Origin: Syntrophomonadaceae bacterium
GTDB taxonomy: Bacteria > Bacillota > Dethiobacteria > DTU022 > UBA8154
Length of the DNA stretch: 64,000 bases
NCBI GenBank assembly: GCA_003556225.1
Contig: PWRN01000041.1
Location: forward strand, 7,209-71,208
Direction of reading: 5' to 3'
Shown piece after piece: positions 27,473-37,897 of the stretch; the stretch's first letter is position 1; every line of letters begins with the position of its first letter. Under the pieces are notes generated by a model, which worked only from the letters and a program-made list of their open reading frames with translations, was not told the DNA's origin and did no database searches. Made by a program: the position numbers and the translations under genes.

Positions 27473-28237
27473 GTGTTGGCAAAGCGCATTGTGCCTTGCT
27501 TGGATGTGAAAGACGGCAGAGTGGTAAAAGGGGTGCAGTTTGTTGATCTCAAAGATGCCGGGGATCCTGTAGAACTGGCCCGGTTTTATGATGGTTCCGG
27601 GGCGGACGAGTTGGTTTTCCTGGATATCACGGCATCGTACGAACAGAGAGAGACCATGGTTGATGTGGCCCGCAGGACCGCACGGGAAGTTTTTATTCCT
27701 TTTATCGTAGGTGGGGGGATCAACAACATTGAGCATATTCGCGTGATTTTAAAAGCGGGTGCGGATAAAATATCCTTAAACACATCGGCGGTAGAAAACC
27801 CCGATTTGATCAGGGAAGGAGCTAATACCTTCGGCAGCCAGTGCATCGTGGTGGCCATTGATGCTCGCTGGAATGAAACGCTGGAGGACTGGGAAGTCTA
27901 TACCCACGGGGGAAGAACCCCTACCGGGTCCTCCGCCCTGTTGTGGGCGGAGAAAGTGGAAAGCCTGGGAGCGGGTGAAATTCTCCTTACCAGCATGGAT
28001 GCCGACGGAGGGAAAACCGGGTATGATATCCCCCTGAACCGTGCGGTGGCGCAGCGGGTGAATATCCCCGTGATTGCCTCGGGAGGTGCGGGTAAAATGG
28101 AGCACTTTGCGGAGGTTTTAACGGAGGGAAAAGCTGATGCAGCCCTGGCGGCCTCGGTATTTCACTATCGCCATTTTTCTGTCATGGACGTGAAAAACTA
28201 TTTAAAAGAAAAGGGTGTGGAGGTGCGCTTGGTATAA
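27473..28237 (+). CDS. hisF: imidazole glycerol phosphate synthase cyclase subunit
   Basis: [19 protein letters not shown]…; start GTG 27473 after GGAGGGA (ORF-track start 27377 overlaps hisA). Confidence 0.85.
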   Translation: MLAKRIVPCLDVKDGRVVKGVQFVDLKDAGDPVELARFYDGSGADELVFLDITASYEQRETMVDVARRTAREVFIPFIVGGGINNIEHIRVILKAGADKISLNTSAVENPDLIREGANTFGSQCIVVAIDARWNETLEDWEVYTHGGRTPTGSSALLWAEKVESLGAGEILLTSMDADGGKTGYDIPLNRAVAQRVNIPVIASGGAGKMEHFAEVLTEGKADAALAASVFHYRHFSVMDVKNYLKEKGVEVRLV

Positions 28238-28926
28238 TGTCTAGAGAGAAGACGGGAGAAATTGAGGAGATCGCTTTCCAAAAGCAGGAGTTAATTCCCG
28301 CGATTATCCAGGATGCCACAACGGGCGAGGTATTGATGCTGGCCTACATGAACCGGCAGAGCCTGGAAAAAACTCTGCAGACCGGGCTGACCTGGTTCTG
28401 GAGCCGCAGCCGCCAGCAGTTTTGGCAAAAAGGAGAAACATCAGGACATATCCAGCAAGTTCAAGAAATCCGTTACGATTGTGATGCCGATACACTGTTG
28501 ATCCAGGTTCAACAGCGGGGTCCCGCTTGTCATACAGGGGCGCGGAGCTGTTTTTTCAACAGGCTTGACCTGGGGAAAACAGCAGATGAACACGTTCCCC
28601 CGGGGGAACAATCCGGCACCGGGATCGAAGAGGAAGAAGAGCTCTTGCCCTGGTTGACGGAGATCATCCAAGAACGTGTGGCCAACAGGCCCCCCGGCTC
28701 CTACATTGCTTCCTTGCTGCAGGAGGGGTCCGACCGACTCTTACTGAAACTGGCAGAAGAGGCCGCCGAGGTTATGATCGCCTCCAAGAATGGCTCACGG
28801 GAAGAAGTGGTGCATGAAGCGGCGGACCTGCTTTTTCATCTCCTGGTTTTACTGGAGACGTCCGGGGTATCGAGTCGCGAAGTAACCAAAGAACTAAGAG
28901 CCAGGAGGGGGGGGAAACCATGTTAA
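28237..28926 (+). CDS. hisI: bifunctional phosphoribosyl-AMP cyclohydrolase / phosphoribosyl-ATP pyrophosphatase
   Basis: N-terminal HisI (…[17 protein letters not shown]…C…D…) fused to a C-terminal HisE (MazG-like EEAAEV…[14 protein letters not shown]). Confidence 0.85.
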   Translation: MSREKTGEIEEIAFQKQELIPAIIQDATTGEVLMLAYMNRQSLEKTLQTGLTWFWSRSRQQFWQKGETSGHIQQVQEIRYDCDADTLLIQVQQRGPACHTGARSCFFNRLDLGKTADEHVPPGEQSGTGIEEEEELLPWLTEIIQERVANRPPGSYIASLLQEGSDRLLLKLAEEAAEVMIASKNGSREEVVHEAADLLFHLLVLLETSGVSSREVTKELRARRGGKPC

Positions 28927-29369
28927 AGCTGTCAACGCGCGGGGAATACGGGGTCCGGGCCATGATCGAACTGGGGTTGTCCGGAGACGATCCTGTAACG
29001 GTGCAAGAAGTTGCCAACAGGCAAGCGATTTCTGCGAAATACCTGGAACACCTTTTCGCCCTCTTAAAAAAGGCGGAACTGGTCCAGAGCGAACGAGGCC
29101 CCAGGGGAGGTTATCGCCTCTCCAGGCCTTCCAACGAAATAAACCTGGCTGAGATCCTGTTTGCCCTGGAAGGAAATGGCGCCGTGGTAAATTGCTTGCG
29201 GGAGCATGCCGATCGGGCCCAAATGTGCATCTGGCAGGAAAAATGTGCACTGCAAACGGTTTGGCTCGACATTCACGAAGAGATCAAGCAGCTTCTCATG
29301 AGTATTACCCTGCAAGAGATTGTCGAAAAACAAAAAGGAATCCAGGATAAAACCCTGTATCATATTTAG
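28920..29369 (+). CDS. Rrf2-family transcriptional regulator with a three-Cys putative Fe-S/redox site
   Basis: [19 protein letters not shown]… winged-helix N-terminus; C-x10-C-x5-C ([19 protein letters not shown]); its start overlaps the hisIE stop by 7 nt. Confidence 0.75.
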   Translation: MLKLSTRGEYGVRAMIELGLSGDDPVTVQEVANRQAISAKYLEHLFALLKKAELVQSERGPRGGYRLSRPSNEINLAEILFALEGNGAVVNCLREHADRAQMCIWQEKCALQTVWLDIHEEIKQLLMSITLQEIVEKQKGIQDKTLYHI

Positions 29370-29390
29370 TGCAGGAAAGAGGAGACAATC

Positions 29391-30587
29391 ATGCGTTACC
29401 TGACCGGGGGAGAATCTCACGGGCCTGCTTTGACGGGTATTATTGAAGGTCTGCCCGCCGGTTTGCCGGTGGAGATTGGATTCATTCAGCAGCAGTTGGC
29501 CCGTCGGCAGGGCGGGTACGGCCGGGGAGGCCGGATGGCGATTGAAAAAGATCGGGTGCAGTTTTTGTCCGGCATCCGGTTTGGGAAAACACTGGGAAGC
29601 CCCCTGACGATGCAGATCGAAAACAAGGATTGGGTTAACTGGCAGGATGTCATGTCCACTGCTGCTGGTGCAAGCGAAGGGCTCAGAATCGTGGACAGCC
29701 CCCGGCCGGGTCATGCAGACCTGGCCGGAGGGATCAAATATGGCCACCGGGATCTGCGTAACGTCCTGGAGCGGGCCAGTGCCAGGGAAACGGCTATGCG
29801 TGTTGCCATTGGAGCCGTCGCGAGTTTGCTGTTGCAGGAATTCCAGGTAGAGATAACCAGCTTTGTGCTGTCCATTGGTGGAATAGAAGCCAAAGCTCCG
29901 GAGAGCAGCTGCGCAGCAAGCCAGCTCAGGGAAAAAACCCTGCATTCCGAGCTCTACTGTCCTGACCGGGAAGCAACTCAAAAAATGATCAACGCCATAG
30001 ATCAGGCACGCCGTGACGGGGACACCCTGGGTGGCGTTTTCGAGGTCTGGGTTGACGGCCTTCCTCCGGGGCTTGGCAGCTACGTGCATCCTGATCGGCG
30101 GCTGGATGGACGGTTGGCCGGGGCGTTGATGAGTATTCCGGGCATCAAGGGCGTGGAAATAGGCTTGGGATTTCAAGCCGCCCTGCGCGGCGGATCCCAG
30201 GTGCATGATGCCATCAAGGTAGATGAAGCCAGGCGGATTTACCGGCAGACCAACCGCGCCGGCGGCCTGGAAGGGGGCGTGACCAACGGAGAAAGATTGG
30301 TGGTGCGGGCTGGTATGAAACCGATCCCCACGCTGCTTCAGGCCCTTTCCAGCGTGCGCCTGGGCAGCCTTGAACCTGTCAAGGCAGCGGTAGAGCGCTC
30401 TGACATTTGTGCGGTCCCGGCCGCCTCGGTCGTGGGTGAGGCTGCCGTGACCTGGGAAGTGGCCCGCGCCTTTTGCGAAAAATTTGCCGGGGATTCCCTG
30501 CAGGAAATCCAGCAGTCTTTTGAGCACTACCGCCAGAAAATCAAACGATACCTGGAGAACAGCGCCGATGCTGAAAGTTCAAATTGA
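29391..30587 (+). CDS. aroC: chorismate synthase
   Basis: 398 aa; [24 protein letters not shown]… and GRSSARETA-type motifs ([12 protein letters not shown]). Confidence 0.9.
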   Translation: MRYLTGGESHGPALTGIIEGLPAGLPVEIGFIQQQLARRQGGYGRGGRMAIEKDRVQFLSGIRFGKTLGSPLTMQIENKDWVNWQDVMSTAAGASEGLRIVDSPRPGHADLAGGIKYGHRDLRNVLERASARETAMRVAIGAVASLLLQEFQVEITSFVLSIGGIEAKAPESSCAASQLREKTLHSELYCPDREATQKMINAIDQARRDGDTLGGVFEVWVDGLPPGLGSYVHPDRRLDGRLAGALMSIPGIKGVEIGLGFQAALRGGSQVHDAIKVDEARRIYRQTNRAGGLEGGVTNGERLVVRAGMKPIPTLLQALSSVRLGSLEPVKAAVERSDICAVPAASVVGEAAVTWEVARAFCEKFAGDSLQEIQQSFEHYRQKIKRYLENSADAESSN

Positions 30588-31686
30588 CACCCGGAGTAAA
30601 AGCTACCCCGTTTACATTGGGGATCACCTTTTAAGCAGGATGGGCCCGGTGCTCAAGAACCATCTCGATGCCCGGGCCATTCTGGTTGTCAGTGATGCCC
30701 ATGTGGCGCATCTATATGCAGGCAGGTGCTGGGAAACGCTCCGGCAGGCCGGCTATCGCGTGGAGCTGGCGGAGATCGCGGGCGGTGAACCGCACAAGTC
30801 CCTGGAATCTGCCACAGGACTCTATGACCGTGCCATCGCGGCGGGTTTACACCGTGGCGACGCCGTCCTGGCCCTGGGAGGAGGCATTACGGGGGACCTG
30901 GCCGGCTTTGTTGCCGCGACGTATTTGCGGGGGATTTCCTTTGTCCAGGTTCCCACGACCCTGCTGGCCATGGTTGACAGCAGCGTGGGGGGGAAGGTTG
31001 CAGTCAATCACCCCCGGGGGAAAAACCTGATCGGAGCTTTTTACCAGCCTGACGCGGTTTTTGCCGATACGGCCGTACTGCAGACCCTTCCGGAGCGGGA
31101 GTTTTATGCTGGCCTGGCCGAGGTCGTGAAGTGCGGCCTGATCGGTGATCCAGGACTGTTTCTCCGCCTGGAAGCGCTCAGCCGACGCAGCAGGGAGGGA
31201 GAAAAGAAGGTCCTGGATCCTTCAGGTCTGCTGGTGAAGAAGCTCATCGCCCGGGCGATCCTGCTGAAACGAAACGTGGTTTGCCAGGATGAAAGAGAAG
31301 AAGATTTGCGGAGAGTGCTCAACCTGGGTCATACCTTTGGTCACGCCCTGGAGACCTCCACCGGTTATACCCACTACCTGCACGGGGAAGCGGTTGCCTG
31401 GGGCCTGGCCCTGGCTGCCCGCCTGGCTCGCCGCTTGAACCTGCTTCAAGAACTGGATGAGCAGCGAATCATCCGCATCGTCCGTTGGCTGGGCCCGCCC
31501 GCCGCTCCTGGCTTTTTAACCCGGGATAGCCTGCTGGAGGCCCTGCAGTTTGATAAGAAGAGGGAAGGAGTTGATTCCATTTTTGTTTTGCCCCTGAGGA
31601 TCGGGCGCGTGAGTTTTTTTCGTTCTCCCCCCCTGGATGCCCTCCAGGCCACCTTTGATGATTTTCTCCAAGGACGACTGGCCTAA
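30568..31686 (+). CDS. aroB: 3-dehydroquinate synthase
   Basis: [18 protein letters not shown]… and [20 protein letters not shown] nucleotide-binding region; ATG 30568 overlaps the aroC end (ORF-track start 30484 is an extension). Confidence 0.85.
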   Translation: MLKVQIDTRSKSYPVYIGDHLLSRMGPVLKNHLDARAILVVSDAHVAHLYAGRCWETLRQAGYRVELAEIAGGEPHKSLESATGLYDRAIAAGLHRGDAVLALGGGITGDLAGFVAATYLRGISFVQVPTTLLAMVDSSVGGKVAVNHPRGKNLIGAFYQPDAVFADTAVLQTLPEREFYAGLAEVVKCGLIGDPGLFLRLEALSRRSREGEKKVLDPSGLLVKKLIARAILLKRNVVCQDEREEDLRRVLNLGHTFGHALETSTGYTHYLHGEAVAWGLALAARLARRLNLLQELDEQRIIRIVRWLGPPAAPGFLTRDSLLEALQFDKKREGVDSIFVLPLRIGRVSFFRSPPLDALQATFDDFLQGRLA

Positions 31687-31921
31687 CCGCTTTGGGCTTA
31701 AATGAAACCCTTTGCAAGGAGAAGAAAAAAAGATACAATAGGGCTATGAAGTTGAACCAGGTTTCACTGTCGTTTCCCTGCTTGCCCCTGGCGAACCTCA
31801 AATTTGCCTGGATCGAAACGCACGCAGGGGTTTCAGCAAAGTAGCCCCAATTTGTTTGACCGACCGTAGCCAGGGAGTTTTTGGAGGGGCATCTTTTAAA
31901 TTGAAAAAGTGGGTGTTGAGG

Positions 31922-32608
31922 ATGAAACATCAAAAAACTGAAAAAAAATTATTGACCCTGGAAGATGTCCAGGGACACCCTGCCGTCGTTGCCTATATTC
32001 GCAAAGCCAATGAGAACCTGGGTGTCCTGGGCTATACAGAACACGGGTTTCGACATACGGATATGGTGGCCCAGACGGCCTACCGCGTGATCAAGGAAAT
32101 GGGCTTTAGCCAACGAGAAGCCGAGCTGGCCGCCATTGCCGGTTACCTGCACGACATCGGCAACGTGGTGGAACGCAGCCACCACTATTACACCGGTTCG
32201 ATCATCTCCATGGGACTGCTGCGTGAGATGGGCATGGATGAACTGGAAATTGCCGACGTAGCTGCGGCCATTGGGAATCACGATGAGATTAACGGCCGAC
32301 CGGTCAGCAACGTTTCAGCTGCGGTTATCCTGGCGGATAAAGCAGACGTGCACCGTTCCCGGGTGCGCAACCGGGATTTTGCCACTTTTGATATTCACGA
32401 CCGGGTAAACTATGCCGTGGAAGCGTCGATGCTGGAGCTGGAGCCCGAGCGCAGGATTATCACCTTAAAATTGACGATCGATACCCAGATCAGCGGTGTC
32501 ATGGAATACTTTGAAATCTTTTTATCCAGGATGATTTTGTGCCGCAGGGCGGCTGATTTCTTAGCAGCGCGCTTTGCCCTGGTGATCAATGAAGCTCAGC
32601 TACTGTAA
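31922..32608 (+). CDS. HD-domain metal-dependent phosphohydrolase
   Basis: H…HD(IGN) metal-binding motifs (GFRHTD…YLHDIGN…NHDE). Confidence 0.6.
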   Translation: MKHQKTEKKLLTLEDVQGHPAVVAYIRKANENLGVLGYTEHGFRHTDMVAQTAYRVIKEMGFSQREAELAAIAGYLHDIGNVVERSHHYYTGSIISMGLLREMGMDELEIADVAAAIGNHDEINGRPVSNVSAAVILADKADVHRSRVRNRDFATFDIHDRVNYAVEASMLELEPERRIITLKLTIDTQISGVMEYFEIFLSRMILCRRAADFLAARFALVINEAQLL

Positions 32609-32631
32609 ACCGCAAGAGGAGGAATTGTCAT

Positions 32632-33864
32632 TTGGCGCGCAAGAAAAAGACGAAAACCGGCCGTTTTATTTTTATCATTTTATCCGTGCTGCTGGTTTCC
32701 GGGTCCATTTACTTCCTGGCCAACTGGGAAGATTACTTGAGGAAAGGTTTGGACCTGGAGGGCGGGGTTTATGTGCTCCTGGAGGCCCAGGCTGCGGAAG
32801 ATGAAGACCTGGATCACGATGCCATTCAACGGGCCATGACCATTATCCGCAGCCGTATTGACGAGCTGGGCGTGGTGGAACCCACGCTGCAGCGAGAAGG
32901 TGAAAGGCGCCTGCGCATCGAGCTGCCGGGCATAGAAGACCAGGCCCAGGCCATGGAAGTGATCGGCCGCACGGCCCAGCTCACCTTCCGCAGCCCCGCA
33001 GGCGAAGAGCTCTTAACGGGGGCCCACCTCAGGACAGCTTACTTCACACGGGGGCAGTACAATGAGCCCCTGGTCGCCCTGGAGTTTGACCCCGAGGGTG
33101 CCGCACGATTTGCCCAGGCGACGAGAGAATTCCTGGGTGACGTTATCTACATCTACCTGGACGATGAAGTTGTCTCGGCTCCCGTGGTGGAAAGTGTGAT
33201 CGCCGACGGTAACGCCGTGATCACGGGCATCCCTACGGCAGAAGAAGCCAGGGATATCTCCATCATGCTGCGCTCGGGCGCCCTGCCCGTTGACCTGGTG
33301 GAGTTGGAAACGCGCTCGGTTGGCCCCGTCCTTGGTGAAAACGCGCTGCACCTGAGTTTTTCTGCAGGGATCATTGGCTTGAGCATCGTGATGCTGTTTA
33401 TGCTGTTTTTCTACCGCCTGGCCGGCCTGGTTGCCGACATCAGCCTTTTCGTTTACCTGGCCCTGGTCTTTGCCATTCTGGCTGCGGTGAACGCGACATT
33501 GACCCTCCCCGGGATCGCGGGATTAATCCTCTCCATCGGCATGGCCGTTGATGCCAATATCCTGATCTTCGAACGGATCAAGGAAGAGCTGGTCAGTGGA
33601 AAAACAACCCTGGTGGCGATTAATTCCGGTTTTGAGCGGGCCTTCCGCGCCATTATTGATGCCAATATCACGACCGTGATCGCTGCCCTGGTGCTGTTTA
33701 TCGTGGCCAGCGGCCCCGTGCGCGGCTTTGCTGTCGTCCTGTTGATCGGCATTCTCTGCAGTGTCTTCTCCGCGATATTCTTGACGCGATTCTTGCTGCG
33801 CCTGGCGGCGCGCTCCAAGATGATCAAAAGCCCGGCGTACCTGGGATTTAAGGGGGGGAGTTAA
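32632..33864 (+). CDS. secD: protein translocase subunit SecD
   Basis: N-terminal TM helix, periplasmic P1 domain, six C-terminal TM helices; immediately followed by secF. Confidence 0.85.
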   Translation: MARKKKTKTGRFIFIILSVLLVSGSIYFLANWEDYLRKGLDLEGGVYVLLEAQAAEDEDLDHDAIQRAMTIIRSRIDELGVVEPTLQREGERRLRIELPGIEDQAQAMEVIGRTAQLTFRSPAGEELLTGAHLRTAYFTRGQYNEPLVALEFDPEGAARFAQATREFLGDVIYIYLDDEVVSAPVVESVIADGNAVITGIPTAEEARDISIMLRSGALPVDLVELETRSVGPVLGENALHLSFSAGIIGLSIVMLFMLFFYRLAGLVADISLFVYLALVFAILAAVNATLTLPGIAGLILSIGMAVDANILIFERIKEELVSGKTTLVAINSGFERAFRAIIDANITTVIAALVLFIVASGPVRGFAVVLLIGILCSVFSAIFLTRFLLRLAARSKMIKSPAYLGFKGGS

Positions 33865-33867
33865 GGT

Positions 33868-34794
33868 ATGCATAAGCCGAATTTCGATTTTTTACAGCAC
33901 CGCACCAGGGGATTTATTTTCTCCGGGGCTCTCATCCTCCTGGGGTTGATTTCCCTGCTCTTTAATGGCCTCAACCTGGGCATCGATTTTACCGGGGGGA
34001 CGATTTTGCACCTGCGCCTGGAGAGTGGCTACCAGATGGATGAAGTACGCCAGGTCCTGGAGCCTTATGAGCTGGCGGGTGTGCCCCTGCAGCGGGTTGG
34101 GCGGGCCGACGACCCTGCGGCCAATGAAGTGATTGTCAAGGCGCCCCATTTGGATGAACAGACCCGGCGGGAAATCCTCGCCTCTTTCCAGGAGCGCTGG
34201 ACGGAGATGACCCCCCAGGATATTTTACGGGTTGATAACGTGGGTGCAGTCATCGGCAGAGAATTGACACGGGAAGCTTTTTTTGCACTGTTGATCGCTG
34301 CCGCGGGCATGGTCCTCTACATCACGTTCAGGTTTGAATTCAAATTTGCCCTGGCGGCCATCCTGGCGCTGCTCCATGACGCGTTTTTGATTATCACCAT
34401 TTTTTCCCTTTTCCAACTGGAAATAAACAGCCCGTTTATCGCGGCGGTACTGACGATTATCGGGTATTCCATCAACGACACCATCGTAGTTTTCGACCGG
34501 GTACGGGAAAACCTCAAGTATCGCAGGAAGCGAACCCTCAAAGAAGTGGTGAACGACAGCATTAATGAGAACCTGGTTCGCTCCGTGAACACCTCTCTCA
34601 CCACGCTGATCGTCCTCCTTTCACTTTTCATCGCGTTTAATTATTTCGTAGGGGGGGTGGACCTGCGGCTCTTTGCCCTGGCCTTGTTAGTTGGGATCGT
34701 GAGCGGAACGTATTCATCTATCTTTATCGCCAGCCCCGTCTGGTTTTCCTGGCGCTCAAAAGATGAGAATTACAGGGAAAAAGCGCCTGTTTAA
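33868..34794 (+). CDS. secF: protein translocase subunit SecF
   Basis: 308 aa; SecF-type TM core; 3 nt after secD. Confidence 0.85.
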   Translation: MHKPNFDFLQHRTRGFIFSGALILLGLISLLFNGLNLGIDFTGGTILHLRLESGYQMDEVRQVLEPYELAGVPLQRVGRADDPAANEVIVKAPHLDEQTRREILASFQERWTEMTPQDILRVDNVGAVIGRELTREAFFALLIAAAGMVLYITFRFEFKFALAAILALLHDAFLIITIFSLFQLEINSPFIAAVLTIIGYSINDTIVVFDRVRENLKYRRKRTLKEVVNDSINENLVRSVNTSLTTLIVLLSLFIAFNYFVGGVDLRLFALALLVGIVSGTYSSIFIASPVWFSWRSKDENYREKAPV

Positions 34795-34883
34795 AAATGT
34801 TCATTAGAGGATAATTACAACATAACAGCGAATTATGACAAGAGAAGTCGAGAATGTCATTAAACCCATGGAGGTGAACCCGT

Positions 34884-35348
34884 TTGAGCCAGTTTGGTGT
34901 AATTTTAGCCCTCATCTTTAGTTTAATCATTGCGATTTTTGCCATTGCCAACAATCAGCCGATTGAAGTGAACTACCTCTACGGCAAGGCGGAAGTTTCG
35001 GCGATTGTCGTGATCCTCGGGGCGGCGATTTTGGGTGCGCTGGTGATCTTTCTGCTGAGCATGTTTCGACAGATCCGGATCAGTTTCCAGATCCGCAATT
35101 TGCGCAATGAAGTGGAAAACTATAAAAACAAGACCACAGAGCTGGAAAAAGAGCGGGAACGGCTCCTGGCCCAGGTGGAACAGCTTTCTGAGCTCTCTGC
35201 GGGCGGGCCGATGGCTGTGACCGGGGAACAGGACAAAGAAGGCGGAATTCCCGCCCGGGACTTCCAGGAATCAGAGGAAAGCCCGGGCGATCATGAAGCC
35301 CCTCAGGTTGATGCAGCGGGCGATGAAGAGGATGAGGACCATACCTAA
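34884..35348 (+). CDS. LapA-domain (DUF1049) membrane protein with an acidic coiled-coil tail (YrvD-like)
   Basis: …IAIFAIANNQPIEVNYLYGKAEVSAIVVILGAAILGALVIFLL… hairpin TM motif; same location (secDF-x-recJ) as B. subtilis yrvD. Confidence 0.55.
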   Translation: MSQFGVILALIFSLIIAIFAIANNQPIEVNYLYGKAEVSAIVVILGAAILGALVIFLLSMFRQIRISFQIRNLRNEVENYKNKTTELEKERERLLAQVEQLSELSAGGPMAVTGEQDKEGGIPARDFQESEESPGDHEAPQVDAAGDEEDEDHT

Positions 35349-35374
35349 GACAGAAAGCGAGCATCGAAAAGATC

Positions 35375-37849
35375 ATGGCAGCTTCTGGACAACTGCATAA
35401 GCACCACTGGCGCCTCTATCCTCAGCAGCAAAATGTCGTGGAAGAGCTGGCCCGGGGATTGAACATTCCAGGGCCCGTGGCCCAGGTATTGATGAACAGG
35501 GGAATTAAAACCGTAGAGGAAGGAAAGCGTTTTTTGAATCCATGTCTTTCACGGCTTTATTCCCCTTTTTCCATGAAAGACATGGATCGCGCGGTGCTGC
35601 GGATTCAGCAGGCCCTCAAGAAAGGTGAAAAAATTGCCGTCTACGGGGATTACGACGTCGACGGCGTAACCGCAACAGCGCTCCTGTATGACTTCGTGCA
35701 AAGGCTCCAGGGCGATGTGGTCAGCTATCTTCCCCATCGACTGCACGAAGGCTACGGTCTGAACCTGCCGGCCCTGGAAGAGTTGAAAAAGCAGGGAGTG
35801 TCCCTGGTAATTACCGTGGACTGCGGCATCAGTTCCCGGGAAGAGATTGCGAGCGCGAAAGCAGGGATGGTCGATGTCATCGTCACTGATCATCACCCCC
35901 CCCCGGAGCGCCTGCCGGATGCTGCGGCGGTGATTAATCCATTGAGGCCGGACTGTGTCTATCCCTTTAAACAGCTGAGCGGCGTGGGGATGGCTTTTAA
36001 GCTGGTCCAGGGGCTGGCTGAAGAAATGGGGGCCGATCCAGAGATCTGGGATTACCTGGACCTGGTTGCCCTGGGAACCATTGCCGATGTTTGCCCCCTG
36101 TTGGGAGAGAACCGCATCCTGGTTGCTTACGGTTTGGAAGCAATGGAGAGAGCACTGCGTCCCGGTATCCAGGCCCTTTGCCAGGTCGCGGGATTAAGTC
36201 GACCGACGCTCACCACGGAAGATGTGGCTTACATCCTCTCCTCCCGGTTGAATGCCGCGGGACGCCTGGGGAATGCAGATATGGCTTTGAACCTGCTGTT
36301 GATGAAGAACCTGGAAGAGGCCATACCTGTCGCCAGGCACCTGCACCAGGAAAACAGCCGGAGACAAAAGCTGGAGGCCGATATCCTGGCCGAAGCTCAT
36401 ACCCTGGCGGAATATAGTTTTGGGGAAGATCCTGAAAGAAAGTTTCTCCTTTTAGCGCGGGAAGGATGGCACCAGGGTGTGCTGGGCATCGTAGCCAGCC
36501 GCATGACAGAGAAATACCGGCTTCCCGTGATGCTCCTCGCCCTGCAAGAAGGCCTGGGGCGGGGGTCGGGAAGAAGCGCGGGCGGTTTCAGCCTCATTGA
36601 AGCCCTGGAAAACTGCCAGGATCTCCTGGCCGGGTTTGGCGGCCATGACGCCGCAGCTGGCGTAACCGTGGAAGCCGGGGTAATCCCTGCCCTTGCTGCC
36701 TGCTTGGAACGGCAGGCCCACCTTTATTTTTCCGGGCAGGAGCCCCAACCGGACCTGTTTCTTGACGCCTTGGTTGAGCCCGAGGACTTAAGTCCTGGGC
36801 TGGTTCAGTCCCTGGAGATGCTGGAACCTTTTGGGCATGGCAATCCCCGACCTTTTTTCCTGGGAACCAACTGGTCCCTGGAGCACAAAAGGGAAGTGGG
36901 AAAAGGGAAAAACCATCTACAGCTGCAAGTGAAAAAAAACGGCAAGCTTTTTCGCGGGATTTGTTTCAATGGAAAAACCAGGCTGGAAGAAGCAGACTTG
37001 CTGAGAGAAATGGACCTGGTTTTTTCGCTTTCCTTTGACCGGTGGCGCGGCAGTGATAACTTGCAGCTGGAAATCCACCAGAGTGCGTATCGAGATGAAT
37101 TTCCTGGAAAACCTTCCACCCTGGTCGATCGTCGGGGGATTAAAGCGAAAAATCGGTACCTGGACAGCCTGCTGGATAAAAAAGAAACGATTCTTGTGGT
37201 CGTGAACACCCGAAAACGGCTGAAGCAGCTGCAGCACCAGTTCAGCGGGCGAACGGGCATTGCCTATAGCCATCAAGGCGAAGTGCCGCCCCACGGGGCC
37301 ATGAGTGATCCTGCCCACCTGGTCCTTTATGATTTGCCCCTGGGCGAAGAAAAACTTATCCGCCTGGTTGATCACCTGGTGGAGTTCGCTGCAGGGACAG
37401 AAACGACCCGGATCCACTTGCTCTATCATGAACAGGACTACCAGGATAATTTGAAGCTTTTTGCCGCGACCCTCCCCTCCCTGGCCTCCATTGAGCAGGT
37501 TTTCCACCTGCTCCAGGAAATCACGGCAGGCCAACCGACCTCATGGTCCGAATTGAAAAGACACTTGAGCCAGCGCCTGCCATTCGCTTATACTTCCTGC
37601 CTGCTGGAAAGCTGCCTGTCCCTTTTGAAGCAAGCGGATTACATAACACCTGACCATGATGGTCTTTATCGCCTGCAGCCGCAAAAAACAGCAGACTATT
37701 GTTTGCTGTTGAAAGAAGTGGCCAGGACGGAAGACTTTCTCCAGGTGGCAAAAAACTGGCAGCAATCTATCGCCTGGCAGCGATACCTCCTGGAGACACC
37801 GGGAAAAGAAATCGCCGCAAGGTTGACAGGTCCGTCGCCCGGGAGTTAG
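35375..37849 (+). CDS. recJ: single-stranded-DNA-specific exonuclease RecJ
   Basis: 824 aa; DHH motifs (GDYDVDGVTA…, VTDHH) plus a DHHA1 domain and a long C-terminal OB-fold region. Confidence 0.85.
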   Translation: MAASGQLHKHHWRLYPQQQNVVEELARGLNIPGPVAQVLMNRGIKTVEEGKRFLNPCLSRLYSPFSMKDMDRAVLRIQQALKKGEKIAVYGDYDVDGVTATALLYDFVQRLQGDVVSYLPHRLHEGYGLNLPALEELKKQGVSLVITVDCGISSREEIASAKAGMVDVIVTDHHPPPERLPDAAAVINPLRPDCVYPFKQLSGVGMAFKLVQGLAEEMGADPEIWDYLDLVALGTIADVCPLLGENRILVAYGLEAMERALRPGIQALCQVAGLSRPTLTTEDVAYILSSRLNAAGRLGNADMALNLLLMKNLEEAIPVARHLHQENSRRQKLEADILAEAHTLAEYSFGEDPERKFLLLAREGWHQGVLGIVASRMTEKYRLPVMLLALQEGLGRGSGRSAGGFSLIEALENCQDLLAGFGGHDAAAGVTVEAGVIPALAACLERQAHLYFSGQEPQPDLFLDALVEPEDLSPGLVQSLEMLEPFGHGNPRPFFLGTNWSLEHKREVGKGKNHLQLQVKKNGKLFRGICFNGKTRLEEADLLREMDLVFSLSFDRWRGSDNLQLEIHQSAYRDEFPGKPSTLVDRRGIKAKNRYLDSLLDKKETILVVVNTRKRLKQLQHQFSGRTGIAYSHQGEVPPHGAMSDPAHLVLYDLPLGEEKLIRLVDHLVEFAAGTETTRIHLLYHEQDYQDNLKLFAATLPSLASIEQVFHLLQEITAGQPTSWSELKRHLSQRLPFAYTSCLLESCLSLLKQADYITPDHDGLYRLQPQKTADYCLLLKEVARTEDFLQVAKNWQQSIAWQRYLLETPGKEIAARLTGPSPGS

Positions 37850-37897
37850 CAAGGAGCGCTGTTATGGCGGAATTCCCCTAAAGGAGAGCAGCACGGG

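Noticed and set aside
29064-30527. 487-aa minus-strand ORF antisense to aroC. Similar long antisense ORFs lie opposite ftsZ (62499..63611, 370 aa), mgtE (44280..45287, 335 aa), asd (16370..17185), dapL (14981..15634), lysC (17285..17959) and hisS, among others
   Set aside because: Their translations are low-complexity, Arg/Pro/Gly-rich and have no recognisable motifs or RBS. They mirror strongly supported sense genes. This is an expected artefact of high GC content.
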